Below are positions 63,320-64,000 of a DNA stretch of 64,000 bases, one piece after another. How positions within the stretch are numbered: position 1 is the stretch's first letter; the number at the start of each line of letters is the position of its first letter. This stretch comes from Vicinamibacterales bacterium (lineage in GTDB: Bacteria > Acidobacteriota > Vicinamibacteria > Vicinamibacterales > UBA8438), in NCBI GenBank assembly GCA_965220695.1, contig OZ244838.1, forward strand, positions 3,597,713 to 3,661,712. The letters run 5' to 3'. A program made the position numbers and the translations under genes. The notes under the pieces were generated by a model. The model had not been told where the DNA came from, made no database searches, and saw nothing but the letters and a program-made list of their open reading frames with translations.

Positions 63320-64000
63320 CTACTCGACGCGCAGGGCGTCCATCGGGTTGATGCGGGTCGCACGAAGACCGGGCAGCCAGCAGGCGGCCAGCGCCACGGC
63401 GACCAGCACGAGCGGCGCCGCGGCGAAGGTCAGCGGGTCGTCCGTGGCGATGCCGTACAGGAAGCTGTCGAGGATGCGCGCCGACGCGGCGGCGGCGGCC
63501 AGGCCGAGGACGGCGCCGGCGGCGACGAGCGCGCTCCCTTGCCGAACGACGAGCGCGAGGATGTCGTTGCGCTGCGCGCCCAGCGCCATGCGGACGCCGA
63601 TCTCCCGGCGCCGCTGCGAGACGGTGTAGCTGAGCAGGCCGTAGATGCCGAACGCGGCGAGGAACAGGGCGAGCGCCGCGAAGCACCCGACGAACACCGC
63701 GTAGAAACGCGGTTGCTCGATCGCCGCCGACAGCCGTGCATCCATCGTCATCACGTCGTCGAGCGCCGCACCCGGGTGCGCCGCGGTCACCGCCTGCTCG
63801 AGAAACGGGATGACCGCCAGCGGATCGCCGGTCGTGCGGACAGCGACCGTCGGGAGGCTGAGGCTGAAGCTGAACAACCCGGCGGTTCCGGCCTGGTACG
63901 GCGAGACGAACGCTTCGGCTTCCGACTCTCTGGCCTCGAGACCGTCGTACCGGATGTCCGCGACGACGCCTATGACCTCCCAGGGATCATCGTCACGTCC
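63320..64000 (-). CDS. ADOP-type permease, 3' part (starts beyond window)
   Basis: QRRREIGVRMALGA, RATRINPMDALRVE. Confidence 0.88.
   Translation of the reverse strand, partial: GRDDDPWEVIGVVADIRYDGLEARESEAEAFVSPYQAGTAGLFSFSLSLPTVAVRTTGDPLAVIPFLEQAVTAAHPGAALDDVMTMDARLSAAIEQPRFYAVFVGCFAALALFLAAFGIYGLLSYTVSQRRREIGVRMALGAQRNDILALVVRQGSALVAAGAVLGLAAAAASARILDSFLYGIATDDPLTFAAAPLVLVAVALAACWLPGLRATRINPMDALRVE

Overview
High-GC bacterial chromosome segment, most likely Acidobacteriota (Vicinamibacteria-like; inferred from two ADOP-type duplicated permeases with an acidobacterial PadR, many PQQ beta-propeller proteins and a TonB receptor). It carries core and metabolic genes: eno, transketolase, ggt, msrA, an accD-accA fusion, a PLP decarboxylase, and hisIGDBHFA with a His-leader attenuator. 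Two accessory islands sit at about 19.7-23.3 kb and 33.3-38.6 kb. Features missed by the ORF track include: (1) two UGA-recoded selenoprotein genes with SECIS-like hairpins, an Rdx/SelW CxxU protein at 28306-28548 and an OsmC-like protein at 40933-41403; (2) a family of short TIR elements (MITEs) that carry a GTAG-type REP, with eight end copies in 64 kb; (3) a 2.9-kb island bounded by 236-bp direct repeats, holding a rolling-circle Rep remnant, a decayed nuclease, and an intact NYN RNase gene preceded by a promoter and a two-hairpin small RNA with a terminator (candidate RNA-antitoxin system); (4) several genes collapsed by internal deletion. All family calls come from motif recognition by eye; no searches were run.
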